A stretch of 64,000 bases of DNA from Nannocystales bacterium (GTDB lineage: Bacteria; Myxococcota_A; Polyangia; Nannocystales; Nannocystaceae): NCBI GenBank assembly GCA_050633305.1, contig JBOEGF010000023.1:192001-256000 (forward strand), given 5' to 3'. This document shows positions 63,512-64,000 of the stretch, in pieces. Within the stretch, counting starts at the first letter, position 1, and every line of letters begins with the position of its first letter. Made by a program: the position numbers and the translations under genes. The notes under the pieces were generated by a model. It saw only the letters and a list, made by a program, of their open reading frames with translations, was not told the origin of the DNA and searched no databases.

Positions 63512-63844
63512 TCAAGCCTCGGCCGGCTTGGCCTTCGCGAAGAGCTCGGTCAGCTCTCCGGAGGCATCCATCTCGCGAACGATGTCGCATCCGCCGACGA
63601 ACTCACCGTTGACGTAGAGCTGCGGAATGGTCGGCCACTCGCTGTACTCCTTGATGCCTTCGCGAACTTTCATGTCCGACATGACGTTGAACGCCTCGAA
63701 CGTGACGCCGTGCTTCTTGAGCACCTCGACGACGGCGGCCGAGAACCCGCACTGAGGGAAAATCTTGTTCCCCTTCATGAACAGCATCACCGGGCTGTTG
63801 GTGACGAGATGCTCGATGAACTTTTGGGTTTGATCCTCTGCCAT
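63512..63844 (-). CDS. grxD: Monothiol glutaredoxin Grx4
   Basis: LFMKG..FPQCGFS, REGIKEYSEWPTIPQLYVNGEFVGGCDI. Confidence 0.96.
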   Translation of the reverse strand: MAEDQTQKFIEHLVTNSPVMLFMKGNKIFPQCGFSAAVVEVLKKHGVTFEAFNVMSDMKVREGIKEYSEWPTIPQLYVNGEFVGGCDIVREMDASGELTELFAKAKPAEA

Positions 63845-63985
63845 GGTCCGCCTCGTGCGTAAGGTGCGCCGTTGCAGACACACACCCCTACACGATAGGC
63901 AGAGCGCTGGCGTTTGGAAACAGCCCGTTTGTCCGGGTCGGGGAAATGCCCGCTCCCGCTCGTACGTCCAAGCTCCAGGAGCCCC

Positions 63986-64000
63986 ATGGCACTCACTCGA
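63986..64000 (+). CDS. Possible start of a gene running off the window
   Basis: AGGAG at 63977-63981 then ATG GCA CTC ACT CGA. Only five codons are visible. Confidence 0.35.

Overview
High-GC bacterial chromosomal segment. Its gene content (many Cys-rich acidic lipoproteins, ECF sigma/Ser-Thr kinase and ECF/anti-sigma/caspase modules, an AgmX/PglI-type TonB-C protein, OmpA with Asp-rich repeats) points to a myxobacterium, probably Nannocystaceae-like (inference). Housekeeping genes include ftsE-ftsX-envC, a DUF2849-sulfite reductase-DUF934 operon, class II RNR nrdJ (NrdR-like and DnaA boxes upstream), an IDH/IMDH-family dehydrogenase, patatin, a MATE pump and grxD. I recognised no rRNA, tRNA, CRISPR array or transposase. 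Four observations stand out. (1) Two paralogous ~90-nt non-coding elements (38697-38788, 42754-42844) each lie behind a sigma54-type promoter and shared upstream boxes, and each has a 5' hairpin, a CCUCC anti-SD-like linker and a terminator-like hairpin: a candidate undescribed sRNA family. (2) A splicease-type (PlpX-like) radical SAM/SPASM gene is head-to-head with a lipoprotein that has a CxxC...CPFC leader and a single IYG site. (3) A tightly packed five-gene operon combines a D27 carotene-isomerase-like protein, two desaturase-like flavoproteins, an ADC-family protein and a GGR-like reductase. (4) An FG-GAP lipoprotein carries two pore-former-like amphipathic hairpins. All assignments are by eye from motifs, with no database searches, and start codons are best estimates.
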